DNA of 64,000 nt from Octopus vulgaris (taxonomy: Eukaryota). Shown here piece by piece: positions 60,615-64,000 of this stretch (within the stretch, counting starts at the first letter, position 1; every line of letters starts with the position of its first letter). The notes below the pieces were generated by a model that worked only from the letters and a program-made list of their open reading frames with translations, did no database searches and was not told where the DNA came from. The position numbers and the translations under genes are program-made. The stretch lies in contig OX597838.1 of assembly GCA_951406725.2 (NCBI GenBank), positions 13,640,001 to 13,704,000 on the forward strand, read 5' to 3'.

Positions 60615-61665
60615 TTGGTACCAATATGATGGTACCAAGTGGTGGGACCCCAGGGCTGCGAGGTACCACATTGGCTACTGGGGAAGAGCGCAAGGATAAT
60701 CATAATAGCATTGGTATTGATGATGCGGATGGGACAAATCCTTCTGGACACCTACCTGCTGATGTCGCCACCAGCAAACGAGACCCCTGCACTGCACTAA
60801 AGTCCTGAAAATTGGAACATGGAATGTAAAGGGAATGAACATTGGGAAGTTGGACACCATCAAGAAGGAAATGAATCGGTTAAACATCGATATCCTGGGA
60901 GTCAGTGAAGTTCATTGAACTGGCGATGGTTTCTTCAACTCTGGTGATCATACAATGTACTTTTCAGGCAATAGTAAGACCAGACAACATGGAGTGGGAT
61001 TTGTTCTATACAAGAGAATATCCAAGTGTGTTGAAAGTTACCAGACCATGAGTGATTACCATTCGCATCAAAGCCAAACCCAACAACATCCCATTGCTAC
61101 AAATCTACACACCAACTGCCGACGAAGACGAGACTGAACACTTCTAGGCAGAAATTCAGGGCGCAATAGAGGAAACACCATGAGCAGATGTTGTGTATAT
61201 TCTGGGAGATTTCAATGCCAAAACTGGAGAAAGGGCAGAAGCAGACATCGTTGGCAAATATGGATTAGGAGAACAGAATGAAGCAGGAGATCGACTGGTC
61301 CAACTTCGTCAAGAACAACACATGCGGCTAACCAATGCTTGGTTTTGGCAACCAAGAAGACAGCTATAAGAAATCGACCTACAATAAACAATGATGTGAC
61401 TATAAAAATTCTTAACAGAACGTGTGTAAAATGTGGAAGGGTGTGCCTCTCAGTTGGAGGTCTAAAAAGGCATGTTAAGAGAGCGCATATGGTGGCACCT
61501 GTTTCTCCTGCCAGCCAGCACAGTTGTCCAGTATGTAATAATATGTGTAAAAGCTTGGCCGGGCTTAAAAGTTATATAAAGGCATCACATGGCAACAATC
61601 AGGAATCATTTCAGTAAGTCTTCTCGGCAATGGCTTTTCTCGTGTAACAAAGATGCAACGGTGAT
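60615..61665 (+). mobile_element. RTE LINE deletion derivative (AP endonuclease joined to C-terminal C2H2 fingers; no RT)
   Basis: IGTWNVKGM...DILGVSEV...HGVGF...LGDFNAK...GLGEQNEAGDRL with stops; then CVKCGRVCLSVGGLKRH and CPVCNNMCKSLAGLKSY. Confidence 0.8.
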
Positions 61666-61685
61666 ATGTGTATGTTTGTGTGTGT

Positions 61686-63711
61686 ATTAGAAAAAATAAG
61701 GTACTCAGAGATCTGGATGGTTGTACATATACAAATATTTATTAACATGTCACATTACACAACGTCCTCAACACACTGCACCATCTATCAACTTCTAGAC
61801 AGAAACCAACTATAACGAACTTCCCTTCCTAGACATCAACATCAAGATACACAACTCCATCGTCACAACAGATATCTACTACAAAAAAACCTGACACACC
61901 AATATTAAAATTTCTACTAATGCCACCCATACCTATTTCTTTATTACCCACAAGGGGCTAAACATAGAGGGGACAAACAAGGACAGACATAGGTATTAAG
62001 TCGATTACATCGACCCCAGTGCGTAACTGGTACTTTAATTTATCGACCCCGAAAGGATGAAAGGCAAAGTCGACCTCGGCGGAATTTGAACTCAGAACGT
62101 AACAGCAGACGTAATGCCACCCATACCATAGAAAAAGAAACATCCCATAGAGTATGGCAAGACGCATATGCAGTATAGTGGCCGACTCACAAACACACCA
62201 AATAAGACTAAATGAACTTAAAAAGTTCCTACTAGAACAGAAATACCCACTCAAATTAATAAAACATGGAATCTCAAGAGCAATGAAACTGGACATCACA
62301 CAACTCAGAACTCCAAAAAACAAAAGCAAAGAAAACATCATCCCATTCATAAACACACAACCCTGGAGTTACCAACATGTTTCAAATTATACAATCAAAC
62401 TTACCAATAGTCGTACAAAGCCCCAAAATGGGAAGCCTATTAAACAAAAACTGCGTAAGAAACAGTAAACGCCAAGAAAAAACCTGAAAAAACAACTGAC
62501 AAGAGCAAAACCGAATTCTTTGTGAAAGAATGTGGAGATAGTAGATGTGGGATCTGCAGTAACCCCATCTACAAATATATAGAGGAAAACAGCCAAATAA
62601 AATTAAGAGTGGACACACATTCAAAATAAATGCAAACATGAATTGCAAGACACAAAACTTAATATATTGCATAACCTGTCCCACGGGCAAGGAGAACTAT
62701 ATAGGTGAAACTGGCAATTCTTTATGCCAACGAGCCAGAATTCACCAACAACATATCCGACAGGGAGAGCTACAAAAAATTCCACTAAGTAAACACTTAG
62801 AAACACGTGGAGAAGGAAGATTCAAAATCTTTCCCTTCTATAAATGCCCAAAGAATGACACCTTCTTCAGAAAAAATGTGGAATAACACTTCATAGCAAA
62901 ATTCTCTCCCAAACTGAATGGCTGAAAATATGAAAATCACATCGACTTCCTTATAAACCCATCTGGAACCCTAAGATATATGCATATGTGGGTGTGTGGA
63001 TGTACATACATAAATAGAGACATTCCTGCATCCAGATTTTCCAACCCATACGGGAATGGGTATCAAGCATTGGACAATAATGATAAGTCCAGATAGTTTT
63101 TTTGAAAAATGACTTTCATTATTCCTCATCAAAACAGACCCCCTTAGAGTAACCATCTGGTCTTGCCATTTTCACAGACCAAGAATCAACTTGTCATCTT
63201 CTATTGAAAGAACCGACCAACTGTATAGATATAAAAACATTTTTTCTTCTTTCTTTCTTCCTTCTCTTTTCCATTGACATTAAGAAAAAACATATTTTTT
63301 CACTTTGAAAATATTTTTCTTTCAGACCCCCTGGTGAGCTGGTTGAACCAAAGTAAGCATCTGTTCTAGCCACCTACTAAAAAATATATTCTTTTCCTTT
63401 TCTCTTTGTCTCTTGTTCAAAATGCTTCCTTTCAGATACACAGGCGCACACACACACAATCACTTTCTCCCTCCACCATCTCCCCATTCCTCTCCCTCTT
63501 TTCTACCCTATACACTCCACATTACTCCCCCCACCCCAACCCATTCACTAATACTATAAAAAGACAAATCCTTTCACTAGATTTAAATCTGAAGAATCTA
63601 TTAGAGCAGATGTAAGCGCTTATATGTGATTTATAGAAACATGTGACATATTAATAAATATTTGTACATGTACAACCATCCAGATCTCTGAGTACCTTAC
63701 TTTTTCTAATA
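61686..63711 (+). mobile_element. Penelope-like element (Neptune-like), 5'-truncated with inverted terminal repeat; interrupted by a SINE
   Basis: LPFLDINI...TDIYYKK, MARRICSIV, CGDSRCGIC, NLIYCITC...YIGETG; about 61686-61756 is the reverse complement of about 63641-63711; SINE 61934-62111 has a 16-bp TSD TAATGCCACCCATACC. Confidence 0.85.
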
Positions 63712-64000
63712 TATATATATATATATACACAAGTTCCTCAAGATGGCTGTGGATCAAAAGAGGAGAACCATGGGGTAGTTAGTTGGCCATCTGGACACGG
63801 GGTCTGATCAGCACCAGTTGTGTCACCTGGAGGAGGGTGTATGATGTTGAAAGATCCCAAAAACACCTGATGATGCCAGGCACATCACTAAAGAGGTGTC
63901 CAGATGCATCAGTCATTGATGTATGCACACAACAAGCACTAAGTTGTCAGTGACAACTAGGATAGACTGGAAGACAACCATGAAGAGGGTGGTGACCACT

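Overview
AT-rich, microsatellite- and SINE-dense animal DNA. The SINE repertoire points to an octopus (coleoid cephalopod) genome; this is inferred, not proven. The left half (1-32 kb) holds two head-to-head, secreted chymotrypsin-type (peptidase S1A) genes that I spliced by hand. Gene 1 (minus strand) is complete: 6 exons, 255 aa, intact His/Asp/Ser triad, TATA box and Inr. Gene 2 (plus strand) has exons 1-5 intact, but I could not find its terminal GDSGGP exon anywhere in the 32 kb downstream. The right half (33-64 kb) is a transposon graveyard: tandem Helitrons, Merlin-type MITEs and a broken Merlin (IS1595/ISXO2-like) transposase, a 2-kb tandem duplication carrying two tRNA-Val(TAC) genes, maT/mariner/hAT remnants, Tx1/L1, RTE and Gypsy fragments, and several Penelope-like elements whose terminal repeats contain minimal hammerhead ribozymes (two with complete cores). 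Most ORFs in the supplied track are microsatellite or SINE artefacts. I found no clearly new system. The best leads are the hammerheads, the protease pair (extra Cys pair, non-tryptic activation sites, missing catalytic exon, in-frame intron) and a cryptic repeated peptide in a Penelope 3' region.
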